Below, piece by piece: positions 29,256-42,100 of a stretch of DNA of 64,000 bases. The DNA comes from Alphaproteobacteria bacterium. Lineage in GTDB: Bacteria > Pseudomonadota > Alphaproteobacteria > UBA7887. A program made the translations under genes and the position numbers. Numbering within the stretch: the stretch's first letter is position 1; each line of letters opens with the position of its first letter. The notes under the pieces are model-generated. The model saw nothing but the letters and a program-made list of their open reading frames with translations, was not told the DNA's origin and did not search any database. The stretch is from contig OZ241350.1 of assembly GCA_965200095.1 (NCBI GenBank), positions 3,100,159 through 3,164,158 of the forward strand, in the 5' to 3' direction.

Positions 29256-29280
29256 CTGTTGCGGGCGGCGCGTGTCGCTA

Positions 29281-30129
29281 GGCTCAGGACCCATAAAGGG
29301 GGTTGCGTTGGGTTAGGATGTGTGGTGTGCTGCCACCAGATACAGGGGGTGCACCATGTCCGACCACCAAGTCTGGCTCTCCGAGACCCAATTTGATCGC
29401 ATCCGGCCGCTGCTGCCCAACAAGGTCCGCGGCGTGCCCCGGGTCGATGACCGGCGCGTCATCTCCGGCATCATCCATGTGATCCGATACGGCCTCATCC
29501 GGCGTCACGCGCCCTCCGAATACGGTCCCCACAAGACCCTCTACAACCGCTTCGTGCGGTGGAGCGAGGCCGGCGTGTTCAACCACATCTTCGCGGCCCT
29601 GGCGGCGGAGGGCCGGGCAACGGGGACGGTGATAATCGACGCCACCCATCTGAAGGCGCACCGCACCGCAGCCAGTCTGCTAAAAAAGGGGCTCTTTCGC
29701 GCTGTATCGGACGCACCCGGGGCGGCCTCAACTCGAAACTGCACGCGGTCTGCGACGGCGACGGCAAGCCCCTGATCATGCTGCTGACCGAAGGGCAGGT
29801 CAGCGACCATCGCGGCGCCGCGATGATGTTCAACGCCTTGCCGCCGGACGCGAATGTCCCGATTGGCGACAAGGGCTACGACAGCGACCGCTTCCGCGAA
29901 GCCCTGGAGGGACGCGGGATCGCCCCCTGCATCCCCGGACGGGCGCACCGCAAGAAGCCGGTCGCCTGCGATGCCGGGCTTTACAAGCAACGCAACCTCG
30001 TTGAGCGCATGTTCGGTCGGCTCAAGGACTGGCGACGCATCGCCACGCGATACGACCGCTGCGCGCACACCTTCTTCAGCGCCATCTGCATCGCCGCAAC
30101 CGTCATATTCCGGTTATGAGTCCTGAGCC
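29281..30129 (+). mobile_element. IS5-family (IS427-like) element, apparently intact
   Basis: 16-bp IRs GGCTCAGGACCCATAA / GGCTCAGGACTCATAA; TA on both flanks. Confidence 0.9.
29356..30119 (+). CDS. IS5 transposase, two ORFs joined by -1 programmed frameshift
   Basis: PRVDDRRV.SGI, YG..KT.YNRF.RW, IDATHLKAHR, AAAAAAG slippery site at 29682-29688, GR.RGG.NSKLH, DKGYDSD, YK.RN.VER.F..LK.WRRIATRYD. Confidence 0.9.
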
Positions 30130-30176
30130 TAGAAAGGACGCCGTCGCCCTCCCAGCCCCGCGCCGCCTCCGGCGAC

Positions 30177-33100
30177 GCTTCAATGAGGCTGGGGCGCAAA
30201 CGCCCCAGAAAGGCCTCGATGCTCGCGGACGAGGAACACGCGACTATCGGCTTCAATGAGGCTGGGGCGCGAACGCCCCAGAAAGACCTCGCCGGTCCGG
30301 TCGGGCGCGAACGCGTCGGCGAGCTTCAATGAGGCTGGGGCGCGAACGCCCCAGAAAGACCGACGCGACAATCGGCGCCGACGCCGTGAACCTCGCTTCA
30401 ATGAGGCTGGGGCGCGAACGCCCCAGAAAGGCAAAATGCTCCGCTGCCTCGTCACGATATGGGACCGGCTTCAATGAGGCTGGGGCGCGAACGCCCCAGA
30501 AAGGCGTCGTCCTCCGCGCCCTCGGCCGCGACGCCGAAGGGCTTCAATGAGGCTGGGGCGCGAACGCCCCAGAAAGGACGCGGGCGCCTCCGGGGGCGCT
30601 TCGGCCTCGGCGCTTCAATGAGGCTGGGGCGCGAACGCCCCAGAAAGGAAACAGAATCGGCGACTGGCAAGAAGAGACATGGGAGCTTCAATGAGGCTGG
30701 GGCGCGAACGCCCCAGAAAGGGTGGAGATGATGCGGACGCGGCCGCCCCAGGCCCGGCTTCAATGAGGCTGGGGCGCGAACGCCCCAGAAAGGCTCAGTG
30801 GTGAAGGCGGCGGTATCGGATCGCTGTTGCTTCAATGAGGCTGGGGCGCGAACGCCCCAGAAAGGCCTAGACTTGCGGCGGCGCAAGACTCGGCGCGGCG
30901 CCGCTTCAATGAAGCTGGGGCGCGAACGCCCCAGAAAGGCCAAAATGCCTGCTTGCCGTGAACGCGGATGTCGGCGCGCTTCAATGAGGCTGGGGCGCGA
31001 ACGCCCCAGAAAGCTGTCCATCATGCGGCGTTCCGGCGCGCGTTCGTGCGGCTTCAATGAGGCTGGGGCGCGAACGCCCCAGAAAGCATCGGAATGACCG
31101 TCGACCTCGACCCCGCCGACCCCGCTTCAATGAGGCTGGGGCGCGAACGCCCCAGAAAGGGGCCGTGTCGCCGCGCCAGCGCTCGCGGACGGCGAGGCTT
31201 CAATGAGGCTGGGGCGCGAACGCCCCAGAAAGCAACCGCGCCACCGCCGCCGAAATGGGATCCCCCGCGTTGCTTCAATGAGGCTGGGGCGCGAACGCCC
31301 CAGAAAGATTCGACGAGTGCGTCCTCGGCGGATTTGATGCCCTCGCTTCAATGAGGCTGGGGCGCGAACGCCCCAGAAAGCCAGCCGATGCGCTATCGGC
31401 GCGCCGCAGTCCAGGCAGCTTCAATGAGGCTGGGGCGCGAACGCCCCAGAAAGCCAGCTCGACTTCGCACGGGGTAGCCCAACCGCTGTCGCTTCAATGA
31501 GGCTGGGGCGCGAACGCCCCAGAAAGAGCGCGTCGCCGAAATCGCCGCGACGCGCGAACAGGCGGCTTCAATGAGGCTGGGGCGCGAACGCCCCAGAAAG
31601 GCGGTAGCGCGCGACCTGGAGGGCGAGCGCGAAGCCGCTTCAATGAGGCTGGGGCGCGAACGCCCCAGAAAGGTGGTCGCCGGCGCGATTCCGCCGGTGA
31701 TCGCGCTGCTTCAATGAGGCTGGGGCGCGAACGCCCCAGAAAGCGGGGGAATGCGCCGCGCCACGACCCGCGTCGCCGCGCGCTTCAATGAGGCTGGGGC
31801 GCGAACGCCCCAGAAAGGGCGCGCGGCGCGTTCCATCGGCGCGACCGCGCCCTAGCTTCAATGAGGCTGGGGCGCGAACGCCCCAGAAAGGGCTTCAGCG
31901 GATGCGCGACATCCGTCCGGTGACGGAGGCTTCAATGAGGCTGGGGCGCGAACGCCCCAGAAAGGCATCTCTACCGCCGCGCGGATTGCGAGGGTCTGGC
32001 GGCTTCAATGAGGCTGGGGCGCGAACGCCCCAGAAAGGCGCGCGCTCGCCGACGAAGCGCGCAAGATCGCCGACGCTTCAATGAGGCTGGGGCGCGAACG
32101 CCCCAGAAAGGGGGGGAGGGTGCGATGAACGCATCGCCGGCGATACCGCTTCAATGAGGCTGGGGCGCGAACGCCCCAGAAAGGCGCCGGCCGCGACTCC
32201 CTCGTCAAGGCCGGCGTCCGCGCTTCAATGAGGCTGGGGCGCGAACGCCCCAGAAAGGCCCGTCGTGGGCGAGTGGTGCGCGCTGGCGAACAACGGCTTC
32301 AATGAGGCTGGGGCGCGAACGCCCCAGAAAGGCCGGTCCCGGCTCGAGCGCGCGCGCGCATGCGCGAGGCTTCAATGAGGCTGGGGCGCGAACGCCCCAG
32401 AAAGGGGTCAGCGTGTCGCCGCGCGCTTCCCCGGCCCATGCGCTTCAATGAGGCTGGGGCGCGAACGCCCCAGAAAGGCTTGCGCGACGACTTCGCGAGA
32501 GACGTGCGAACCGCATGCTTCAATGAGGCTGGGGCGCGAACGCCCCAGAAAGGACTCCCGGTCTGAAGGCCAGCGCCGCGAGGCGACGCTTCAATGAGGC
32601 TGGGGCGCGAACGCCCCAGAAAGGCCGGCGTCGGTCGGCAGGTTTGCGGGTTCCTATTGTTGCTTCAATGAGGCTGGGGCGCGAACGCCCCAGAAAGGGA
32701 TCACTCGCACAATCGGGCAGAACTCGCCGAACCGGGGCTTCAATGAGGCTGGGGCGCGAACGCCCCAGAAAGTTCCAGAAACCGGGACGAGCCAACCGGA
32801 ATCAGCGTCTTCAATGAGGCTGGGGCGCGAACGCCCCAGAAAGCGAACGCCGCTGGCCACGGGTTCGCGGGATATTGGATCTTCAATGAGGCTGGGGCGC
32901 GAACGCCCCAGAAAGGGCTGTGTCGGAACTCGGCTATCGGCCGGCAAGCGAGGCTTCAATGAGGCTGGGGCGCGAACGCCCCAGAAAGGCTTGCGTCGTC
33001 AGGGAACAGCATAGCCGGCCCCTAGCTTCAATGAGGCTGGGGCGCGAACGCCCCAGAAAGGACGACACCGGCATCAACTTCTCGTTGGACCACGAAGCTT

Positions 33101-36100
33101 CAATGAGGCTGGGGCGCGAACGCCCCAGAAAGAATTCCAATGGACGTTGTTACCGGAATTCGTGAAGACGCTTCAATGAGGCTGGGGCGCGAACGCCCCA
33201 GAAAGTCAGATACGGAATCTCCAGGCGCGTATCGCCGTCGCCGCTTCAATGAGGCTGGGGCGCGAACGCCCCAGAAAGGAACGGGAAAAGTGGGAGAAGG
33301 TAGACCCGAATTCCGTGCTTCAATGAGGCTGGGGCGCGAACGCCCCAGAAAGGTCGCGGGCAAAGCCCATAACCTCGCCGAAGACATCGCTTCAATGAGG
33401 CTGGGGCGCGAACGCCCCAGAAAGGGCACCCAATGCGCGCCGAATTGCGCGCTCAGAGACCGGGCTTCAATGAGGCTGGGGCGCGAACGCCCCAGAAAGG
33501 TCTTTGCGGCCACCTTTGGGGGAAACTTCTGTGGGAGCTTCAATGAGGCTGGGGCGCGAACGCCCCAGAAAGGCAAGCGACGAAAAACCAGCAACAACGG
33601 ACTCACGACGCTTCAATGAGGCTGGGGCGCGAACGCCCCAGAAAGGCCCCATGAAGCACGGCAGAAAACGCCGCCGCCCCCCGCCGCTTCAATGAGGCTG
33701 GGGCGCGAACGCCCCAGAAAGGGACGCTCGCTTCGCCTGCGACCGGCGCGATGCATCCGGGCTTCAATGAGGCTGGGGCGCGAACGCCCCAGAAAGGGAC
33801 GCATCAGCACCGACCTTCAAGGTAGCAGAGTCGCTTCAATGAGGCTGGGGCGCGAACGCCCCAGAAAGAACACGCAACCGCGCGTGGCGCATCCGGCGCT
33901 GGCCACGCTTCAATGAGGCTGGGGCGCGAACGCCCCAGAAAGGGCGACCGCGCCATCGTCGACGAGGCCGCCTGGATCGCTTCAATGAGGCTGGGGCGCG
34001 AACGCCCCAGAAAGCGCGGCGTCGGTATCGAGCCAGTGGTGGCCGATGTGGCTTCAATGAGGCTGGGGCGCGAACGCCCCAGAAAGACCGAGACCGAAAT
34101 ACGAGTTCAGCGAGCGATCACTGATGCTTCAATGAGGCTGGGGCGCGAACGCCCCAGAAAGGCGCGCGTCGGAAATTCAGGGGCAAAATCGATGAATATG
34201 CTTCAATGAGGCTGGGGCGCGAACGCCCCAGAAAGGGCGCGGGCGCGGGTGGCGCTGAGCCGGGACGAGGGGGCTTCAATGAGGCTGGGGCGCGAACGCC
34301 CCAGAAAGGCCTTCGACATCCGGCCCCGCACCGGATGATGAGCGCGGCTTCAATGAGGCTGGGGCGCGAACGCCCCAGAAAGGGATGAAGCCGCCGCCCG
34401 CGAGTGGGCCGCCGCCGCGCCGCTTCAATGAGGCTGGGGCGCGAACGCCCCAGAAAGGACCTCGGCGATGCGCTTCGCGCGGCGCGAGAGCGCCGCTTCA
34501 ATGAGGCTGGGGCGCGAACGCCCCAGAAAGGCATCCCGTCGCGGGCGCGGGCGTGGAGGCCCAGCGCGGCTTCAATGAGGCTGGGGCGCGAACGCCCCAG
34601 AAAGGCCTGCCCGGCTTGCGATCCGACGCGCCGGAGAACCCGAGCTTCAATGAGGCTGGGGCGCGAACGCCCCAGAAAGGCCGCTGACTGGCGCCGTTGG
34701 GAAGCGCACTGCGAGCGCTTCAATGAGGCTGGGGCGCGAACGCCCCAGAAAGGGTCGAATTCGACGGGCCCCACAGCGTCCAGCGCGGCGCTTCAATGAG
34801 GCTGGGGCGCGAACGCCCCAGAAAGGCGGACGGGCCGAGCGCCATCTTCGCGGCCCAGTCCTCGCTTCAATGAGGCTGGGGCGCGAACGCCCCAGAAAGG
34901 GCGAACGCACCGTCGACAACCCCCGCGCCTGCGTCGCCGCTTCAATGAGGCTGGGGCGCGAACGCCCCAGAAAGGGCGAACGCACCGTCGACAACCCCCG
35001 CGCCTGCGTCGCCGCTTCAATGAGGCTGGGGCGCGAACGCCCCAGAAAGGGTCGTCGGCGAGGCGCAGGCCGAAGCGAAGCGCCGGGCTTCAATGAGGCT
35101 GGGGCGCGAACGCCCCAGAAAGCCAGCTCTTCCCTTTTTTTGGCAAAGCCACGAACAGGCGCTTCAATGAGGCTGGGGCGCGAACGCCCCAGAAAGGCGA
35201 CGGTCCAGGAGGCGATCACGAGGTGCGACGCGCGCTTCAATGAGGCTGGGGCGCGAACGCCCCAGAAAGTCGTCGATTTCGGCGGCGGGGCGCCCGGAGC
35301 CGGCGAGCTTCAATGAGGCTGGGGCGCGAACGCCCCAGAAAGCACGGAGGGCTAGATGGCGATTTCGAATCACGAGAAGCTTCAATGAGGCTGGGGCGCG
35401 AACGCCCCAGAAAGGAGAGGTGCACGTTGTCCAGATTGACGCCAAGGTCCAGCTTCAATGAGGCTGGGGCGCGAACGCCCCAGAAAGAAGCCGGCGGCGA
35501 CCAAGCCGGCGGCCAAGCCGGCGGCGCTTCAATGAGGCTGGGGCGCGAACGCCCCAGAAAGGAAGGGAGTCACAAATATGAATGACCGCATCCTGACGCC
35601 GCTTCAATGAGGCTGGGGCGCGAACGCCCCAGAAAGGAAGGGAGTCACAAATATGAATGACCGCATCCTGACGCCGCTTCAATGAGGCTGGGGCGCGAAC
35701 GCCCCAGAAAGGACCCTTAGGACCTTCGAAATGGCCCGTAGAACGCCCCGCTTCAATGAGGCTGGGGCGCGAACGCCCCAGAAAGGCAGGCAAGGTTCCG
35801 CCTTAACGGCCCGCAGGTTTGCCGCGCTTCAATGAGGCTGGGGCGCGAACGCCCCAGAAAGCACCCTCGGGTTGCGGTACATCTGATTACAGAGCGCGCT
35901 TCAATGAGGCTGGGGCGCGAACGCCCCAGAAAGTGTCGGGCTCCCTGTTTCGTGAATGTGACGATGACCGGCTTCAATGAGGCTGGGGCGCGAACGCCCC
36001 AGAAAGTGTCGGGCTCCCTGTTTCGTGAATGTGACGATGACCGGCTTCAATGAGGCTGGGGCGCGAACGCCCCAGAAAGGGAATTTGCACAAAATGCTAG

Positions 36101-39100
36101 TTGTTATGTTTGTTGGGCTTCAATGAGGCTGGGGCGCGAACGCCCCAGAAAGGGTGGGCGGAGATTACCATTTTGAACGATGTCCAGACGCTTCAATGAG
36201 GCTGGGGCGCGAACGCCCCAGAAAGATGTCGGCTAGGTGTCAACTTTGCTATCAGTAGGAAGCTTCAATGAGGCTGGGGCGCGAACGCCCCAGAAAGCGG
36301 CGATCCGCCCGAGGGCATTACGCCCGGCAACTAGCTTCAATGAGGCTGGGGCGCGAACGCCCCAGAAAGCGCGCCTTCCCACAGACTTGCTCACAGACTT
36401 GCACACGCTTCAATGAGGCTGGGGCGCGAACGCCCCAGAAAGGGTCGGCATCGACACGATCGTGTGGAACGCCGCCAACTTGCTTCAATGAGGCTGGGGC
36501 GCGAACGCCCCAGAAAGGGGTGGTGGGCGACCCCCGCCGGGCCATCCGTGGCCTCAGCTTCAATGAGGCTGGGGCGCGAACGCCCCAGAAAGCGACCCAG
36601 AATTGGTCCAGCATGCGGAGGCCGGACATGGCTTCAATGAGGCTGGGGCGCGAACGCCCCAGAAAGGGATACGACATTGATAAACGGGGTCGCGGTAGCC
36701 CAGGCGCTTCAATGAGGCTGGGGCGCGAACGCCCCAGAAAGGCATACCTGCGCCCGACTCCAGTTCGCCGTTGATTAGCTTCAATGAGGCTGGGGCGCGA
36801 ACGCCCCAGAAAGGCCCTCTTTCCGATTATCTACCAGGGCGTGTTCTCGTCGCTTCAATGAGGCTGGGGCGCGAACGCCCCAGAAAGGATTACTGGGAAG
36901 AATGGTATTGAGATTTTCAACCCGCTTCAATGAGGCTGGGGCGCGAACGCCCCAGAAAGCGCCCGCCGTGAAAGTCTAAATAATTCAAGATAACGCGCTT
37001 CAATGAGGCTGGGGCGCGAACGCCCCAGAAAGGGTTGGTGCACACCGACGACGGGTTCGTGTCGAGGTAGCTTCAATGAGGCTGGGGCGCGAACGCCCCA
37101 GAAAGGGAGGCCATCGACGATAAGCCCAACTTCGCGTTCTTCTGCGCTTCAATGAGGCTGGGGCGCGAACGCCCCAGAAAGGCAGGCGGCGATGGAACGC
37201 GAACGCGAGAAGGCGGCGCAGCTTCAATGAGGCTGGGGCGCGAACGCCCCAGAAAGTACGACGGCTCTTTGAACAAAAATATCGAAGAAGCGGCTTCAAT
37301 GAGGCTGGGGCGCGAACGCCCCAGAAAGCCCCGAAAAGGTGGCCGAGCGCGCCAAGAAGGGCGGCGCTTCAATGAGGCTGGGGCGCGAACGCCCCAGAAA
37401 GCTCGCCGACGACCCGGAGGTCAGTGACCAGTTGAAAGCTTCAATGAGGCTGGGGCGCGAACGCCCCAGAAAGGGTCGTCGACGACCCGCCAGTAGCGCC
37501 ACAACGGCCCGGCTTCAATGAGGCTGGGGCGCGAACGCCCCAGAAAGAACTGCTGAGTCTGGAACACGGCATTATAGGACGGCGCTTCAATGAGGCTGGG
37601 GCGCGAACGCCCCAGAAAGCGAGAACATCAACATCGACAACGACGCAAGCGATCGAGCTTCAATGAGGCTGGGGCGCGAACGCCCCAGAAAGACAGGGGC
37701 GGAGGGATACAGCAGCAGAAGAGACCGGGCTTCAATGAGGCTGGGGCGCGAACGCCCCAGAAAGCATTCCAGGGACGACGGAGCTTGGGGACCGGGAGAC
37801 CGCTTCAATGAGGCTGGGGCGCGAACGCCCCAGAAAGCACCGAACGGGGGGACCACCGAGCACACACACTATCGCTTCAATGAGGCTGGGGCGCGAACGC
37901 CCCAGAAAGGACGATGGCGCCGCCGACTATGCGCAGAAACACGCCGCGCTTCAATGAGGCTGGGGCGCGAACGCCCCAGAAAGCGCGGCTTCGTCGTCGT
38001 CGTCATCCCGCAAATGCCAGTCGCTTCAATGAGGCTGGGGCGCGAACGCCCCAGAAAGCCAACGAAGTGATCCTGATGACCGAAGGCGAGCAGACGCGCT
38101 TCAATGAGGCTGGGGCGCGAACGCCCCAGAAAGGGCGACCGGGGGGCCGCGCGCCGGCGCGGGCCAACGCGGCTTCAATGAGGCTGGGGCGCGAACGCCC
38201 CAGAAAGCAGGACTCGGAGCGTATCGACTATGCGAACCTGAAGCAGCTTCAATGAGGCTGGGGCGCGAACGCCCCAGAAAGGGACCTCGTACCAGCGCAC
38301 CCCGCCGCTGTCGCGCCGGATGCTTCAATGAGGCTGGGGCGCGAACGCCCCAGAAAGCGCCTCCACCGCGGCGGCGTCGCCGGGCTGCGCTCCGACGCTT
38401 CAATGAGGCTGGGGCGCGAACGCCCCAGAAAGGGGACGCCATCGCGCGGCGCTGTCCGTGGCGCGCGGGCTTCAATGAGGCTGGGGCGCGAACGCCCCAG
38501 AAAGTGGCCACGAGACGCCACAGCCATCGACGAGATCAGAGCTTCAATGAGGCTGGGGCGCGAACGCCCCAGAAAGGGCGCCCGACGGCTGACGGTCGCC
38601 GGAGAGGCGACAAAGCTTCAATGAGGCTGGGGCGCGAACGCCCCAGAAAGGGCAGCTGCCCGCCCGCCGCGCCTGTCCCACGGAGGACGCTTCAATGAGG
38701 CTGGGGCGCGAACGCCCCAGAAAGGGGGCCTCTCGCAGACACAGGTTGACGCCCGGATCGCCGCTTCAATGAGGCTGGGGCGCGAACGCCCCAGAAAGGC
38801 GGGTCTCCCGCGAATTGAAGAGCGCAACTGCTCGACGCTTCAATGAGGCTGGGGCGCGAACGCCCCAGAAAGGTCAGGTAGAACCGCCCGAAGCCCGTCT
38901 CGAACCGGCGCTTCAATGAGGCTGGGGCGCGAACGCCCCAGAAAGGGCCCCCGCGTCGAACGCGCCCCCGATTCGCCCCCGCGGCTTCAATGAGGCTGGG
39001 GCGCGAACGCCCCAGAAAGCGATCCGCGCCCACCTCTGGGTCGCCTGGGTCCTCGCTTCAATGAGGCTGGGGCGCGAACGCCCCAGAAAGGAATGCCTTG

Positions 39101-42100
39101 ATGGCCTTCCACATGGCGGAATACCTGGCTTCAATGAGGCTGGGGCGCGAACGCCCCAGAAAGGCCGGGGTTTCCAGGTAGCGTAACGGCCAAAAGAATG
39201 CTTCAATGAGGCTGGGGCGCGAACGCCCCAGAAAGCTTTGACATCGCGGAGCGGTCCGAGGACCTCGGACCCGCTTCAATGAGGCTGGGGCGCGAACGCC
39301 CCAGAAAGAGATCGAAACCGCCGACGGCGGCGAACGCACCGTCGAGCTTCAATGAGGCTGGGGCGCGAACGCCCCAGAAAGGCCGCCGAGGGCGATGAGG
39401 ACGGCGAGGAGGCCGGCGCTTCAATGAGGCTGGGGCGCGAACGCCCCAGAAAGACGTCGGCGCAATCTCGAGCGAGCACGCCTCAACCGCCGCTTCAATG
39501 AGGCTGGGGCGCGAACGCCCCAGAAAGATTTGCCGAGGCGGATCGGCTGGCCGTAGGCCTCGGCGCTTCAATGAGGCTGGGGCGCGAACGCCCCAGAAAG
39601 GCCAAAGTCCGGCTCTACGACGGGTTATCGTCCCTCGCTTCAATGAGGCTGGGGCGCGAACGCCCCAGAAAGAGAGAAAGAGCGACCCGGCGGTCGTGGC
39701 GAGAGCTGCGCTTCAATGAGGCTGGGGCGCGAACGCCCCAGAAAGCGTCCGACCGACGAGCCGGTCTGGCGCCGGCGCGTCTTCGCTTCAATGAGGCTGG
39801 GGCGCGAACGCCCCAGAAAGCCACGGCAACCGCCGCCGCGCCCTCGTCGCCGACCTGGCTTCAATGAGGCTGGGGCGCGAACGCCCCAGAAAGGCCGCGG
39901 CGGCGCTGGAGGGTAGCTACGAGGCGCTCGCGGCTTCAATGAGGCTGGGGCGCGAACGCCCCAGAAAGACGGCCGGCGTCGCGGGTTGCGGCGGCAGGTC
40001 CGGCTCGCTTCAATGAGGCTGGGGCGCGAACGCCCCAGAAAGGAGGGCGACGGCCTCGACCCCCTCATCCGCGCCCTCGGGCTTCAATGAGGCTGGGGCG
40101 CGAACGCCCCAGAAAGCGACTCGTCCCGGATGCAGTCGAAGCCGAACAGCATGCTTCAATGAGGCTGGGGCGCGAACGCCCCAGAAAGCGCGACGACCTC
40201 CCTCGCGGGGCGCCGCCGCCGCCCGGCTTCAATGAGGCTGGGGCGCGAACGCCCCAGAAAGGCGGACGAAGGCGCAAGAAGGCGGCTACGAGACGACGCT
40301 GCTTCAATGAGGCTGGGGCGCGAACGCCCCAGAAAGCGAGGATGTCCGCGTGCCCATCGGCGTCGACCCCGGCTGCTTCAATGAGGCTGGGGCGCGAACG
40401 CCCCAGAAAGGCCGCCGAGGACGCCCTCGTCGAATCCCTGCGCGGCCGGCTTCAATGAGGCTGGGGCGCGAACGCCCCAGAAAGCGAGGCCCTCGAGGCC
40501 ACCCCCCGCCACGCCTTCGAGCTTCAATGAGGCTGGGGCGCGAACGCCCCAGAAAGCGGGCTTTGTCGCCGGGCGCTGGCACGGGCGCTCTCGCTTCAAT
40601 GAGGCTGGGGCGCGAACGCCCCAGAAAGCCCGTATTCCCTCCGCGCCCGCGCCGGCCGCGCCGTCGCTTCAATGAGGCTGGGGCGCGAACGCCCCAGAAA
40701 GGCCGGCTTCGGTACGGACCGGGGCGTGTGCTACGACGGGCTTCAATGAGGCTGGGGCGCGAACGCCCCAGAAAGTTCGCTCGCTATACTCTACGCGAAC
40801 GGTGATAAATACGCTTCAATGAGGCTGGGGCGCGAACGCCCCAGAAAGCCGCGGTCCACCTGCAGCACCGGCCCGCCTATCGTGGGCTTCAATGAGGCTG
40901 GGGCGCGAACGCCCCAGAAAGAGGCCGGCCCGACGCGCCCGACACGCGCCCGGTCGCCGCTTCAATGAGGCTGGGGCGCGAACGCCCCAGAAAGGAAACG
41001 CGGGCGGCGCTGCGGGCGTTGATCGCCGGGCTTCAATGAGGCTGGGGCACGAACGCCCCAGAAAGCCAGCACGCCTGCGGTGGCGAGCACGCCTCGCCTG
41101 TGCTTCAATGAGGCTGGGGCGCGAACGCCCCAGAAAGGCCGCCGCGAAGGCGAGCGCGGTTCCCCGCCAGCGCCGGCTTCAATGAGGCTGGGGCGCGAAC
41201 GCCCCAGAAAGGGCCGCTTCGTGGGCGGCGCTGCGGACGGACGCGCGCGCTTCAATGAGGCTGGGGCGCGAACGCCCCAGAAAGCGCGGCGCTGCGCTTC
41301 GTGGGCGGCGCTGCGGACGGCGGGCTTCAATGAGGCTGGGGCGCGAACGCCCCAGAAAGAGCGCGGAAAGGTTGTCTCCTCGGAATACAAGGAAGAGCTT
41401 CAATGAGGCTGGGGCGCGAACGCCCCAGAAAGGATTCCCACACTTGGAATGAGGGCAAGAATCGCTGGGCTTCAATGAGGCTGGGGCGCGAACGCCCCAG
41501 AAAGAGCGCCTCGACATCGACGACGTGGCTGACCTGAATGGCTTCAATGAGGCTGGGGCGCGAACGCCCCAGAAAGTTCGCGCTCCGCGGTCGCTTCCGG
41601 AAGCGCTGTTCGGGCTTCAATGAGGCTGGGGCGCGAACGCCCCAGAAAGCAGACAGATTTGCTAGTGCGAACGATAGCGAGTTCACGCTTCAATGAGGCT
41701 GGGGCGCGAACGCCCCAGAAAGTGGGCGTGTGCGGAGTCGCGCGCGACGTCGCCAAGGCTTCAATGAGGCTGGGGCGCGAACGCCCCAGAAAGACAGCAA
41801 GCCGGCGCGGCCCGCGGCGCGGTTGAAGATCGCTTCAATGAGGCTGGGGCGCGAACGCCCCAGAAAGCGCCCCCGCCCGCGTCAGCCGGCGCCGCCGCTG
41901 GGGGCTTCAATGAGGCTGGGGCGCGAACGCCCCAGAAAGTCTCCTCACCCATGACATAGGCCAGAGCGCGGTTAAGCTTCAATGAGGCTGGGGCGCGAAC
42001 GCCCCAGAAAGAAAGGCCCGCGCCGGCGATGTTCGAGCCGATACGACGCTTCAATGAGGCTGGGGCGCGAACGCCCCAGAAAGCCCTCCGAAACGCCCCG

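Larger units (their letters stand above)
28115..29272. repeat. Tandem duplication of a ~570-bp gene+promoter unit
   Basis: 28115-28702 and 28703-29261 nearly identical; CGGGCGGCGCG at both ends and at the junction. Confidence 0.9.

Noticed and set aside
28027-29316. 429-aa plus-strand ORF with an internal duplication
   Set aside because: Antisense of the two coiled-coil genes, which have the RBS, promoter and TM/heptad logic
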